A DNA stretch of 64,000 bases from Felis catus (taxonomy: Eukaryota): NCBI RefSeq assembly GCF_018350175.1, contig NC_058368.1, positions 207,144,001-207,208,000 of the forward strand. The letters run 5' to 3'. Position 1 is the stretch's first letter. Every line of letters begins with the position of its first letter. The position numbers and the translations under genes are program-made. This document shows positions 52,171-63,695 of this stretch, piece by piece. Under the pieces are notes generated by a model. It worked only from the letters and a program-made list of their open reading frames with translations. It was not told the origin of the DNA and ran no database searches.

Positions 52171-52643
52171 AAATTGTTTATGTGCAAATATCTCAGCTGG
52201 AAAGAGGAGTGTGATTAAACCCCAAACTCCAGCTGACTCCCCAACTAGTGATGCATTCCTTTCGTATTTATAAGAGGCCAGTCTCTCTTTACATTCAACT
52301 TATCCCCTAAACCCCTTTCATCAACTCATTCTCATAACCCATGTGGCAAAGACTCTATTTGAGTATTTATTTGTGATGAGTGCATAGAAATTTACTGAGG
52401 GATGTAGACAGAATCAGGAAGCATTACCCTCCCTAATCCATGTACTTGCTTCTACCTATAACCTAGAGGGCAGGCAACCAAGCCTAGCAGGCAACCATTT
52501 CTCTGTTAAGATGAGGAGGGCCTCTCTGATGACAGTAAGTCACTACCACCCACTTACTTGTCATTCTAAAATTTACATTGAGAAATGTTCGCTCAGCATA
52601 AACAAGATTATTAGCACGCTAACCATAATAAAGAATGTATTTT

Positions 52644-52880
52644 GGGGGCATCTGGGCGGCTCAGTCGGGTACGCATCTGACTCTTGATTTCGGCCCAGGT
52701 CATGATCTCACAGTTTGTGTGTTCAAGCTCCACGCTGGGCTCTGCATTGACAGTGTGGAGCTTGCTTGGGATTCTCTCTCTCTCCCTCCCTTTTTCTCTG
52801 CCCCTCCCCTGCTCACACACACACTCTCTCTCTCTCTCTCTCTCTCAAAATAAATAAACATTAAAAAATAAATTAAAAAA
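52644..52880 (+). mobile_element. CanSINE
   Basis: TSD aaagaatgtatttt / aaagaatgcatttt. Confidence 0.9.
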
Positions 52881-53575
52881 AGAATGCATTTTCTTACTCT
52901 TTTACTTCACTTTTATTGAGGAAGGCAAAACTTTTCTTCATTATTATCTGTGTTGAATAACAAAAATAATATCTTTGAAAAATATTAAACAGGTATATTA
53001 AGTTAATTTCCCATAGATCAGGTTTCCTTGCGGCTTCCCACAGACAGTGGATATCATGCAGAACAAAGAAGTAAATGACAATTTCAAGTTTAAAAACCTA
53101 ATTTTGAGTCTATAATGACATTATGATCCTGAAAGACTTTTCTGAAATATAGAAGTCTAGTTCTATATAACAAAAGCATTCTTTTACATATTAAGAGTGA
53201 GTCTTAGAAGTCTGAGCTTAGAGGTTTACCATAGTTGTGGAAGATGGTGAATATTCAATATCATATGTGTTGTATTTGTCAGCATTTGTTTTAGTAATAA
53301 AATAAAATGTATAATCTTTGCTTTAATTTAAAATTATAGTACATGTATTTTTCCATTTTTGTCTTCCTCCTCTCAACACACGCCTGCATTCAAATAAACC
53401 AGTCAATATCCTCAGTTGTAGTATTTCACTCATTTGTCTATTTTCATGTAATTATAATGAAAATATATAAGGTGTTTCATTGATATTTGTTTTTACTAGT
53501 CATCCTATATATGCTGATCTTTGACCAGCTTCCTTACTTAATAATACATTAAAGACCTTTTTCCAAGTCTGAAAG

Positions 53576-53927
53576 TGAAAGGGCGGGCCTACGCCGGCAG
53601 ACTCCATCCTGTTCTGTGTCCTTCACCTTGACCACACCTCCTCCCCTTGAGTAAACCCCCCCTCACCTGCCTAACAGGACTCGGACCCTTCTCCAGGACC
53701 CTTCCCCAGCCAATCGGCTGAGGCCATAGCCATTACCTCACCAACTGCCCCCAGGCCCCAATAAAACCTTTGTCCTTTTGAAACTCACGCTCTTTCCCTG
53801 GTATCTCACCGCTGTGTCAGTGCAGGTAGGGGATTGAGCTCGAGCTAGCTAGAATAAAGGCTCTTTGCTTTTGCATCGGACTCGGCTCCCTAGTGGTCTT
53901 TGGGGATCACGAATTCTGGGCATAACA
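53576..53927 (+). mobile_element. Young ERV1 (gamma-like) solo LTR
   Basis: TG...CA ends, 4-bp TSD aaag, CCAAT near 53710, AATAAA near 53853, many CpGs. Confidence 0.9.
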
Positions 53928-54479
53928 AAAGTGCATACCTAACTCATTTTTTTTAACATTGCTTTGTGTATTCTTCTAAATTAATACAAATTTTTAGTGC
54001 AGTTTTAGATTTACAGAAAAATTGAGCTAGAGGCTCCCCATCTATCCCCTCACACACATGCACACAGTTTCCCCATTACTAATATTTTGCTAAACGGCTA
54101 CAGTTGTAAACTAGAATGCACCAATATCAGCTCATCAACTGTAAAAAAATGTGCCACACGAATGCATCATTTTTTTCAACAACTACATGACATTATATTG
54201 CGTAGGTGTATCTCTCCATTCCTCAACTGTTGAAGAATCTGGCTGTTTATAACCTTTTACCATTATAAACACTGCCACACTAAACACCCTTCAACATTTA
54301 CCCTTATACACTAGGAACGTTATTTCTATGAGGTGAGTTTTCATGTGAAATTATTAAGTGAAAGCATATGAATATATTACCATTTACTGCCACTTGTATA
54401 GTCATCTCCTCTTTCATCAGGTTTTACAAATGAAAGTCACATCTTCTAGAGTCTTGGTACATAGTGTACTTAGTGAGAC

Positions 54480-54534
54480 TTTTGTTTGTTTATTTATTTG
54501 AGAGAGAGAGAAAGAGAAAGCATGAGCAGGGAAG

Positions 54535-54570
<36 letters not shown>

Positions 54571-54703
54571 CAAGCAGGCAAGCAGGCTCTGAACTCACAG
54601 CGCAGAGCCTGATGCAGGGCTCAGTCTCATGGAACGGTGATGTCATCACCTGAGCTAAAATCAAGAGTTGCATGCTTAACCGACCTAGTAACCCAGGCCT
54701 CCC
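54480..54703 (-). mobile_element. CanSINE
   Basis: TSD gagacttttg-like; (GA)n. Confidence 0.85.
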
Positions 54704-54879
54704 AAGAGACTTTTGAAACTTATTTAATATGCTTACATTTTCATGAACAATTGGATGACAGATTTGGCTGATATTACTGTCAGTACTGTGTTCTCAAGGG
54801 GTGAAAATGACTAACAGACCGATATATAAGAACCTGTACCCACATAGTCTTATTTGAAAATTGCAACTTTTTTTCACAA

Positions 54880-55170
54880 GTAAGTCTTATAATAGTTCCT
54901 TTGGGTTTCTTATTCCTTGGAGGATTATTCTATACATTCTCTACTAAATGGTCTAGACAGGTAGTCCAATCCAACATTCAAGCTCTGTAAAACTGATCTA
55001 GTCCTGCATTTTATGTTGTGTCCCCCGTCCTACTCATACCGCTTCTCTTGTATCCAGAATTATTATAAAGGGAAATACCGTAAAGTCATCTCATTACTAT
55101 GAAACAAAATTCCGTATACCAAGGACTCATATAGTCAACAATGCGCCCATAAGTGTAATAATTTGCTTTT
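54880..55170 (-). mobile_element. Putative ancient RTE-clade post-RT fossil
   Basis: MR*LYGISLYN..MSRTG; CLDHLVENV*NNPPR (cf. LRRI.GISL.D..RRRTG; WLGHLVRM.ENRPP). Confidence 0.35.
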
Positions 55171-55408
55171 TTTTTTTTTTTTTTACCATAAACGTGCTGA
55201 CAATGAACACATGTAAGTATGGAACCGGGAAGCAGGAGAGCTAAATCATGATTTCTGAATGTGTATTTGTGGGTAAGGAAATCTACATATGATCCATTTT
55301 ACCAACCAGATTTTAGATGAAGATACTTGGTTTCAGAGAGGCAAAAGGAATTGCTTCAGATCACTCAGTTACTGATGGCATCAAGACGAGAACAAATGTC
55401 TTCTTAAA

Positions 55409-55622
55409 TTTTTTTTTTTAACGGTTATTTATTTTTGAGACAGAGAGAGACAGAGCATGAACGGGGGAGGGGCAGAGAGAGAGGGAGACACAGAATCTGA
55501 AACAGGCCCCGGGCTCTGAGCTGTCAGCACAGAGCCCAACACGGGGCTCAAATTCACAGACTGTGAGATCATGACCCGAGCTGAAGTCGGACGCTCAACT
55601 GACTGAACCACCCAGGCACCCC
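55409..55622 (-). mobile_element. CanSINE
   Basis: TSD acaaatgtcttcttaaat. Confidence 0.95.
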
Positions 55623-55837
55623 ACAAATGTCTTCTTAAATGGCAGCCCCAGTCTTTTTTCAACATGCCACACTTAGGCCATCCAATACTTAGGACTGGTC
55701 CTGTAGGAACTCAGCTATCCCACCTCTCTCTTCAGTTTATTCAGTTGGAAAAATAAGCAAAATTTCTGCCATTCCTAAACCTTGCTGTATCAATTATTCA
55801 AAAGAATATCACATTTAAATTATACTAGCTAACTTCT

Positions 55838-56060
55838 GGGGTGCCTGGGTGGCTCAGTCAGTTGGGCGTCCGACTTCGGCTCAGGTCATGATCTCACGGT
55901 TCGTGAGTTCGAGCCCCGCATCAGGCTCTGTGCTGACAGTTTGGAGCCTGGAGCCTGCTTCAGATTCTGTGTCTCCCTCTCTCTCTGCCCCTCCCCAGCT
56001 CAGGCTCACACTCTGTCTCTGTCAAAAATAAATAAACTTAAAAAAGAAAAAATTTAAAAA
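55838..56060 (+). mobile_element. CanSINE
   Basis: TSD aaattatactagctaa / aaattataatagctaa. Confidence 0.95.
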
Positions 56061-56129
56061 GAAATTATAATAGCTAATTTTTGAAACACTTACCACAAGC
56101 CTGCTCTCGTGGTTGATTTTATTTTAGTG

Positions 56130-56930
56130 CTAAAAAATTGTGGTAAAATAGACATTGCATGAAATTTACAATCTAAACCATTTTTAAGTGTGGAGTTCAC
56201 TAGTGTTAAGTACATTTACATTGTTGGGCAACCAATCTCCAGGACACTTTTCATTTTGCAAAACTAAGATTTTCAGATCCATTAAGCAGCTCCCCATTCC
56301 TCACTTCTGTCAGCCCCCCGCAACCACCAGTCTACTTTCTGTCTCTGCGACTTTGATTACTCTAGGTACTTCATGTAAGAAGAATCACAGTATTTATCTT
56401 TTTGTGACTGAATGATTTCACTTACCATAGTGTTCTCAAGGTTAATCAATATGGTACTATGTATCAGAATTTTCTTCCTTTTTTTTTTTTAATGTTTACT
56501 TACTTTTGAGAGACAGAGCACAAGCAGGGGAGGGGCAGAGAGAGGGAGACACAGAATCTGAAGCAGGCTCCAGGCTCTGAGCTGTCAGCACAGAGCCTGA
56601 TGTGGGGCTCGAATTCACAAACCATGAGATCGTGACTTGAGCCAAAGTTGGACGCTTAACCGACTGAGCCACGTAGGTGCTCTAGAATTTTCATCCTTTT
56701 GAAGGCTAAGTGATAGTCCTTTGTAAATATGCATATACCACATTTCATTTATCCATCCGACCAATGAATGGACAGTTTGGCTGCTTCTAGTTTTTGGCTA
56801 CTGCAAATTATGCTGCTGTGAACATGGGTATACAGGTATCCCTTGTCCTTTTCAGTTCTTTTGGGTAAACATTCAGAAGTGGAATTGTTGGATCATATGG
56901 TAATTGTATTTTAAATTTTTTGTGGAACCA
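56130..56930 (-). mobile_element. Old L1 (L1MA/MB-like) 3' end
   Basis: antisense L1 3' UTR text; interrupted by a SINE. Confidence 0.85.
56479..56681 (-). mobile_element. CanSINE
   Basis: TSD agaattttcttccttt / agaattttcatccttt. Confidence 0.95.
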
Positions 56931-57263
56931 CTGAGGGCTAAAATGTGAGCATTTTAATCTCTCTCTCGTTCTCTCTCAGTAGACCTCAGTAGACATAAAT
57001 AATTGTAGTAATAAATCTTTGGGGAAAAATCACAACAAAATATTTATACAAGCAGTGAGTTTATAAATAGAAAATTGATAGCAACAAAAATTTTGTAAAA
57101 GACTGTATATCAACTATGTTTTGTCCCTTAGAGATTTTCTTTCCAATCAAATCACAGGCTGAATAGACTGTGTGAACCACTGTGGCAAATCCGATCTTCT
57201 TAGGAAACAGTGATGCGCAAATTGACAGATTTACACCATAAAGACACCAATGTTGATACATTT

Positions 57264-57382
57264 AATTAAAAATCTGGTTGTCCTATCTGTTATCTAGATA
57301 ATTCAGGGAAACAAGATTTGTGTATTGTTTCCCTTTGAACATCTATATCATGAAAACCTGAACAGAAATGATAAAATTTTAA
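57264..57382. repeat. Copy A of a 119-bp ungapped diverged direct repeat (copy B at 58350-58468)
   Basis: manual alignment gave 25 mismatches and no gaps. Confidence 0.9.
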
Positions 57383-57689
57383 CTTTTCGGGGGAGATATT
57401 TTGGTTTGAATTGTAACAGAACATTTTCTGGTGACAAGACCCACCAGCTTTTGAAGGCAGGTCGGTAGCCAGGAAGCACAGAAACGGAATGGCCATGGCG
57501 AGTGAGGATGAGGCCGATAGGAGTACCTGTCTGTCTTCCTGTCTGTCCAGTACCAACGGTCTTAAGTTGAACACTGTCTAAGGCTATGGTGAATTACGTA
57601 GGACCCAGGGAAATCTGAGTCTGGCTAGAAACCCTTAGTCCCATTTTTCTCACAAAACTATATTTAGTAATCTATGGCCTTTGTGCCTG

Positions 57690-57880
57690 GACACAACTTT
57701 GTAAGTGGCTCTGATGCTTATCATCTGGATAACTTGGGGGCAGTTAATTAACTTCTTTCCACCTCAGTTTCCTTTCAGAAAAATAGAAATACCATACTAG
57801 AAGCCTGATGAAGGTCTTGTAAAGATTTTAAAGATTTTATACGTGTGAAGTCACATACATGGAACTCAGTAAATGTTTAT
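57690..57880 (+). mobile_element. MIR
   Basis: acctcagtttcctttcagaaaaatagaaata..ctcagtaaatg. Confidence 0.65.
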
Positions 57881-58349
57881 CTATGGAAAAAAATAGTGAT
57901 ATTCTATACCTAGTAGATTCCTCTGGAAAAGAGAATTTAGATTTCGAACATGTTGGCAAATGACTAACCAGTATTAATGACATAATAACTTCTTTATTGG
58001 TACTCTCAACTCCCCAAAAGACCACTGATAATCAAATAAGCTTAAGTTCATCAGACTCAACTACAGATATAACAACTGGAGAAAATAATAAGTGGCTAGA
58101 GTCTGAACTGTGTCCTAGAATGGAAGGCTTAAGGGAGAATATTTACAAGGTTTGAAGGTTTAGGCTCCAGTGATAGAAAACAGATCTTTCAAGGTGAGGA
58201 ATGAATTGGGATTGAGTAAAGTTTGTGACTACAAATCTCATGCTGAAAAATTAGCTAAAGGATTTTGGATTATGCCAGTCCTTTTCCTTCTATATGCTCC
58301 ATAATTACCATGATATTTGAATAGCGATAATGAGCACGTAATGATGGAA

Positions 58350-58468
58350 ATTTAAAAATGTGATTTTCCTCTTCATTACCTGAAGAATTCAGGGAAATGA
58401 GCTTTGTGTGTTGTTTACCCCTGAATACCTATATTATGAAAGCTTGAACAGAAATAATAAAATTTTAA
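58350..58468. repeat. Copy B of the 119-bp direct repeat
   Basis: see copy A. Confidence 0.9.
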
Positions 58469-58591
58469 GTGTTATCTACTTTGATTTAATAAAAGATACT
58501 AAGAAATAGAAGATACTAAGGAAATAAGTCATGGGGTCAGATGAAGATAAAGACCCCTAAGCTCATTGTCCTATTACAACATGAAATGGAG

Positions 58592-58750
58592 AATTATATA
58601 TATATATATATATAATATATGTATAGTATATATATAATATATATTCTATACATCATATATTACATATAATATATTATAATTAATTATATTTAATTATATA
58701 ATTTAATTAATTAATTATATATTTAATTATAATTAATTATAATATATATG
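58592..58750. repeat. AT-rich low-complexity tract containing a 79-bp palindrome
   Basis: direct reading; palindrome at 58669-58747. Confidence 0.9.
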
Positions 58751-59039
58751 GCCATGTACCAGGTGATAGATTCCATAATAAAGGAATAAAAATTAAATGG
58801 GATTTTGGTAGTGACCTTGGCTCTGTTATGAGGAAAAAGAGTAAGTTGTTAAAATCTTCCATTGAAATGTGTTTCTTATTATAAAGATATTTTCATGTAT
58901 AAGATAACATATACAAGAAATTGTAATATATAAGAAATATATTGTACAAATATATTGTACAAATATATTGAAATATATATTGTAATATATAACAATGGGT
59001 TAAGAACAAAAAGCCTTAATCTTTTAAGAATGTTCTATA

Positions 59040-59572
59040 CAGAAGACAGAGGGTTAGACTTTCAAGTAGAAATGAGAAGGATTAGATTCCGTTGTCCTCT
59101 ATTTCTGCTGACTTATTTTGTCAGGACTTATTTCATCATACAATAGTACAGTACAGAAACTAATTTTCTCTTGATTTTCCAGCAGTTTAGAATATATGAG
59201 CTTCTCTGATACCTAGATTGTCTTCTAGGAACTGATTATAATACAAATCTCATAAGGATTGATTTCTGCAACTGATCCTGTCAATTGCCATTCATGTAGT
59301 GTATCATTCATTACTCAGTATTTTAAAGCTTGTTATTGGAGTTTGAGGTAACTATTTTAAGCGAAAATGTTGACCTCTTTTATCAGAATCCTTCCCAAAT
59401 ACTCAATAATCGTCACTAAAATGTCTGGTAACCAAAAGAATGTGTAACTTGAAACCCACACTGAATACCTGATGGGTATGAAGATGATGAGGACTCTTGT
59501 CTTTAGTCAGGGAAATGCTCCATCAAGGAAATGAATGAGCCCTTAAATGAAGCCAGCTGTAGGCAAAGCATT
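59040..59572 (-). mobile_element. Putative ancient RTE-clade RT-domain fossil (best preserved)
   Basis: colinear ISLMEH, QCGF (59452-59463), NNKL, DLYYNQ (59232-59249), GKSREN*FL, AEIEDNGI (59085-59108). Confidence 0.55.
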
Positions 59573-59597
59573 GTCTATATGAATGTAATATAATAAT

Positions 59598-59828
59598 GGG
59601 GCGCCTGGGTGGCGCAGTCGGTTAAGCGTCCGACTTCAGCCAGGTCACGATCTCGCGGTCCGTGAGTTCGAGCCCCGCGTCGGGCTCTGGGCTGATGGCT
59701 CAGAGCCTGGAGCCTGTTTCCGATTCTGTGTCTCCCTCTCTCTCTGCCCCTCCCCCGTTCATGCTCTGTCTCTCTCTGTCCCAAAAATAAATTAAAAAAC
59801 GTTGAAAAAAAATTTAAAAAAAAAAAAA
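59598..59828 (+). mobile_element. Young felid CanSINE
   Basis: essentially consensus, CpGs intact. Confidence 0.95.
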
Positions 59829-60120
59829 TAGAGCCTACCTTCTTAAGAGGGCTTCCTGGAGAAATGGGATCTCGGCAGGAAACAAACACATTAAAAACAA
59901 CAACAAAAACCCCTCAGGATTCTGGTAGATGCAGAGATGTATTTGCTCCTGACAAGATGGACCTGTGAGTAACAGATTCCCAGTAATGGGGCTGAGGGTT
60001 ACTGGTCTTCAAAGAACACATGGAAACTTTCCAAAAGAGAGAATGAGTTTTAAACACCTTTGAAACCCAGAGAACACTAGTGCTAAATAACTTGCAAAGT
60101 AAAAAATAAGATTTTTCCTC

Positions 60121-60616
60121 TGTGGTAGGCAGAATGACCCTAATCCCCCCCAAAATCTTCCTGTCTTAATCCCCCAAACCTATGAAATGCTTCCTTACAG
60201 GACAAAAGGAACTTTGCTGATGTGATTAAGGTAAGGATCTTGAGATAGAAAGGTTATCCTAGATTATCCAAGTGGACTTGGTATAATCACAAGGGCCCTT
60301 ATAAGAGGGAGGCAAGAGAGTCAAAGGCAAAAGAAGGAGATGGGAACAGTGCAGGGTGAGGCTGGGATGCTGTTCTTTGAGGGGGGAGGAACTGCTTCAC
60401 AGCAATTCACAGCCAGTGAATGGAGGCAACCACCAGCAGCTGGACATGATGAGGAACAGACCTTCCCCCGGAGCCTGCAGAAGGAACACAGCCCTGGCAG
60501 TACCTTGGTTTTAGACTTATGACCACTAAAACTTTAAGAAAACAAATCTGCGAAATGTGTGTTGTTTTGACTAACTTCGCAGTATTTTGTTACAGCAGCA
60601 GTCGGAAACTAGTATC
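60121..60616 (+). mobile_element. MaLR LTR (MLT1D-like)
   Basis: tgtggtaggcagaat start, ctttgctgatgtgattaagg, ttgttacagcagca end. Confidence 0.85.
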
Positions 60617-60839
60617 ACTTTCCTTGCCTTTCCTTCTTCACTTCTGAAGGGTCCAGTGGGGAAATTCATTGGAGAAGGAGGAATATAATTCTAGCTTGGG
60701 AAATAGGCAGAAACAAGAGAGATGAAGTAGTCCACGGCCCCTTCTTCCAACTGGGAGTCCAGCCCAAAGAAGTGTCGGGCTGACCCAGACAGGTTAATTG
60801 CTGAACTGCTTGAGAACTGACTGACCAAAGGATATTTTG

Positions 60840-61200
60840 TTACCCAGGAGCTATGCATTTGTCCCAGACTTCACCTGAGGGTCAGGATGGACAAGATTAT
60901 ATAAGTGAAGAAAACAATTTTCTAATTACATCCTCTGAGCCCCACTTTTCCAAAACTATGGCACCATATAGGAACAAGTCCACTTTGAATTAGGTGACTG
61001 CTCTGTTGCCTATTCATTCTGTGGGGCTTAGACTTTCTCCAAACACCCCTGTTTTCCTGGTTCTTGCTGAATGTCTTTGCAATGGTGTCTTTTCTTCATT
61101 ACACTATTCCAGTGAGATTCTCAGTGCTGACAGTCTCAGATTCCCCACGTTCTGTCCTACCTACCTGTGTGTTATCAGCCTTGGAAAATTCCTCTTGTTT
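60840..61200 (-). mobile_element. Putative ancient RTE-clade post-RT fossil
   Basis: RKDTIAKTFSK..GVWRKSK; FLYGA..W..EDVIRKL (cf. RRRIAIAKTAF.K..IWKS; LLYGAETW..EDIRKL). Confidence 0.45.
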
Positions 61201-61809
61201 GTAAAGATAATAATAGACGTGTGACGATGGTGAGAGTATAATGTGCAAAATGTTAAAAGCATAATTGTCATATACATAGATAGTGAGCATACACAAAAAT
61301 TTTTGCTTTATTCATTAATGAGGCAACCAGTAGAATGAAAAATAGAAATTTTACATGGGCAGTGAAGAAGTGCTGAAATCTGATTGCTAAATTAGGTGCA
61401 GATTAGATTATGTTCTACAGAACAATAAAACCATAAATGATAACACAGAAGTCATCAACTCTGACAGAAGAAAAACAAATCCTTGTACTTTATCAGGTTT
61501 CTACAACCTACATTCTATATTTCAGGGCTATAAAATGCCTGGATCCTAATCGGCTTTGATTACCACAGTGAAAGTTCCATTTTCTGGGGGAGTCAGGTGT
61601 GTGGGCTAACACGTTGGCATAATGTTAAAATGTTGCACAATCATCTTGTTTATTTCCAGGTTGAGAATAATTCTCTCTAACATCATTAACAACTACTAAA
61701 GTATCTAAAAAATTAAAATTACTAAATAAATATTGACATGAAGGAGAGCAAATTTTACCAAATGATGGGACCTTCTGTTTTAAAACAAAGTTTTAATTTA
61801 TTTAATCCC

Positions 61810-62375
61810 TGTGCTGCATTGAGCTACATCTGTTGGGTTAAGCTGGGATTTAAATTTTCCTGAATCTCCTTCCCTCTCCTTCTCTGCACGGTTCTAGATG
61901 TAACTTGGAAGATAGAAGGTAAATAGTGGCTGAGATTCATGAAAGGACTCCGGGATCAGTTACAGTGCAGTTCATTGGCAGAGGTGCCTAGCAGATCCCA
62001 GGTCATCCCTCATCCTCCCTGCTCTCTGATCAGCTTGCCTTGCCAACGGAGGGCTGCCCGCAAACAGATGGTTGGCACTGGTCACACAGAGTTTAGGAGC
62101 TTCTTGTAGACATCTCCATGACATACCCCTCTGCATCTATTGCGTTGTCTGGGTCTGCTTGGCTTCTATATTTACCTTCAAGCTCTGACCTTTCTATTCT
62201 TGCCAGTGTTTTTGACAGATGAACTTAGAGACTCTATGATCCCTATTCTCTGCTTCAGATCTTCACTTCACCAGCTCCTCCCACATTTCCAGAAGATCTA
62301 ATATCTATAATAAATCTCTTATTCCCCAAGTGCTCAGAGAGGCTTTGCTTCCCTGACTTAACCCTGATGGATGCA
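61810..62375 (+). mobile_element. Old ERVL-class LTR
   Basis: TG start, aataaatctcttattcc..gcttccctgacttaaccctga..CA end. Confidence 0.5.
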
Positions 62376-62690
62376 TTTCTACTGTTTTATGGCTATGATC
62401 TCAAATTTCAACCCTCCCCGATAAGATGTTTCCAACCACATTCTGACATAGAGTCTCTCCACTAAATTTACGATGGTAATAATTTCACTAACAACAATAA
62501 TAGTGATAATAGCTAACACTAATACTTGTGAGGGACTGGCATTATTATGAACAATTTACTACTAAATGCTTAGATGTTTCTCATTCTCTTTAAGACTGCT
62601 TCCTATTCTTTAAAAAGAAGATTATGTTTTAGAATGGGAAATATATTCTTCTTAATCCTGAGGTCATATTGGTATGAAAGGATCACAGGA

Positions 62691-62910
62691 GGGGCACTTG
62701 GGTGCCTCAGTTGGTTGAGAATTCGACTCTTGATTTTAGCTCAGGTCATGATCCCAGTTTCCTGAGCTCTTCCTCTTCATTTTGGCCCAGGTCATGATCT
62801 CACAGTTTATTGAGCTCTCCCTCTCTGTGCTCCTCCCCAGCCTGCATTCTCTCTGTCTACCTCAAAATAAATAAATAACCGTAAAAAAAAAGAAAAGAAA
62901 AGAAAGAAAG
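62691..62910 (+). mobile_element. Rearranged CanSINE
   Basis: head, duplicated core, CT tract, (GAAAA)n tail; TSD aaggatcaca. Confidence 0.85.
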
Positions 62911-63269
62911 GAAGGATCACAAGGAAATCTAGGTCGGGGTGTAGTTAGGAGTATGGTGTGGGTAGCCAGGCTAGTCTGGGGACTGCTTTATTTATGTGGC
63001 AGAACAGTTACTGGTGGTTCTCTAAGATGTAAAGAACCATTGCCAAAAAGGCACCCAAATACTGTATATTGCAGTAACAGGACCTGCCGTGAATTTGTCA
63101 TATGTCAGATACTTTGCAAAGCTGTTCATATATATTATCTCATATAATCCTGCCTCTGACTCCAAAAGGTAGGAACTATCAGCCTCTTTTTATAGGCGAG
63201 AAAACTGAGATTGGACAAAGTAACTTGCCCAAAGTCACACATTGTGTATGTGATTGAGGCTTCTAATTG

Positions 63270-63695
63270 TCTTCCTAGATCCATTCTTTCCTGCGAGGGA
63301 CCCCCAAGTCTTAGCTGGACAGGTAATTGAGAATAACAATGACTGCATTCCTATCCTCCCTTGCAACTGGGTAAGTCCACTTGGCTATATTATGACCATT
63401 GATGTAAAAGTAAAAGTGGTGGAAAGTTGCCCTAGAGGGAAAGAGTATCGTCTTTTTTGCCTTCTTTTCTGATTGCTGTAATGCAGACATAATGATTGGA
63501 TCATCAGCGGCCAGCCTGGCTTTCCACATAACATTGGGAATGGCGGTCAAACACAGTGGAATGATATGCCATAAGAATCTTGAGTCCTTGATACTGGAAC
63601 ACCTTACACACTTGTCTCTAAGTTTCCATCCTATTTAAGCGAAAATTATTGGGTTTTTCTATAACTTGCAACTGAACCCGATCCCAATTAATACA
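63270..63695 (+). mobile_element. Old MaLR LTR (MLT1J-like)
   Basis: tcccttgcaactggg..aatgcagacataatgattgga..acttgcaactgaacc..taataca end. Confidence 0.55.

Noticed and set aside
57294..57357. Degenerate collagen Gly-X-Y exon
   Set aside because: It is 64 nt, not 63, and both copies lack Gly at the same positions.
59236..59257. miR-374-like ttataatacaa sequence
   Set aside because: No complementary arm or hairpin; it lies within the RT-like fossil.
716..62910. tRNA genes suggested by A/B-box-like heads
   Set aside because: All are tRNA-derived CanSINE heads followed by a CT tract and polyA.
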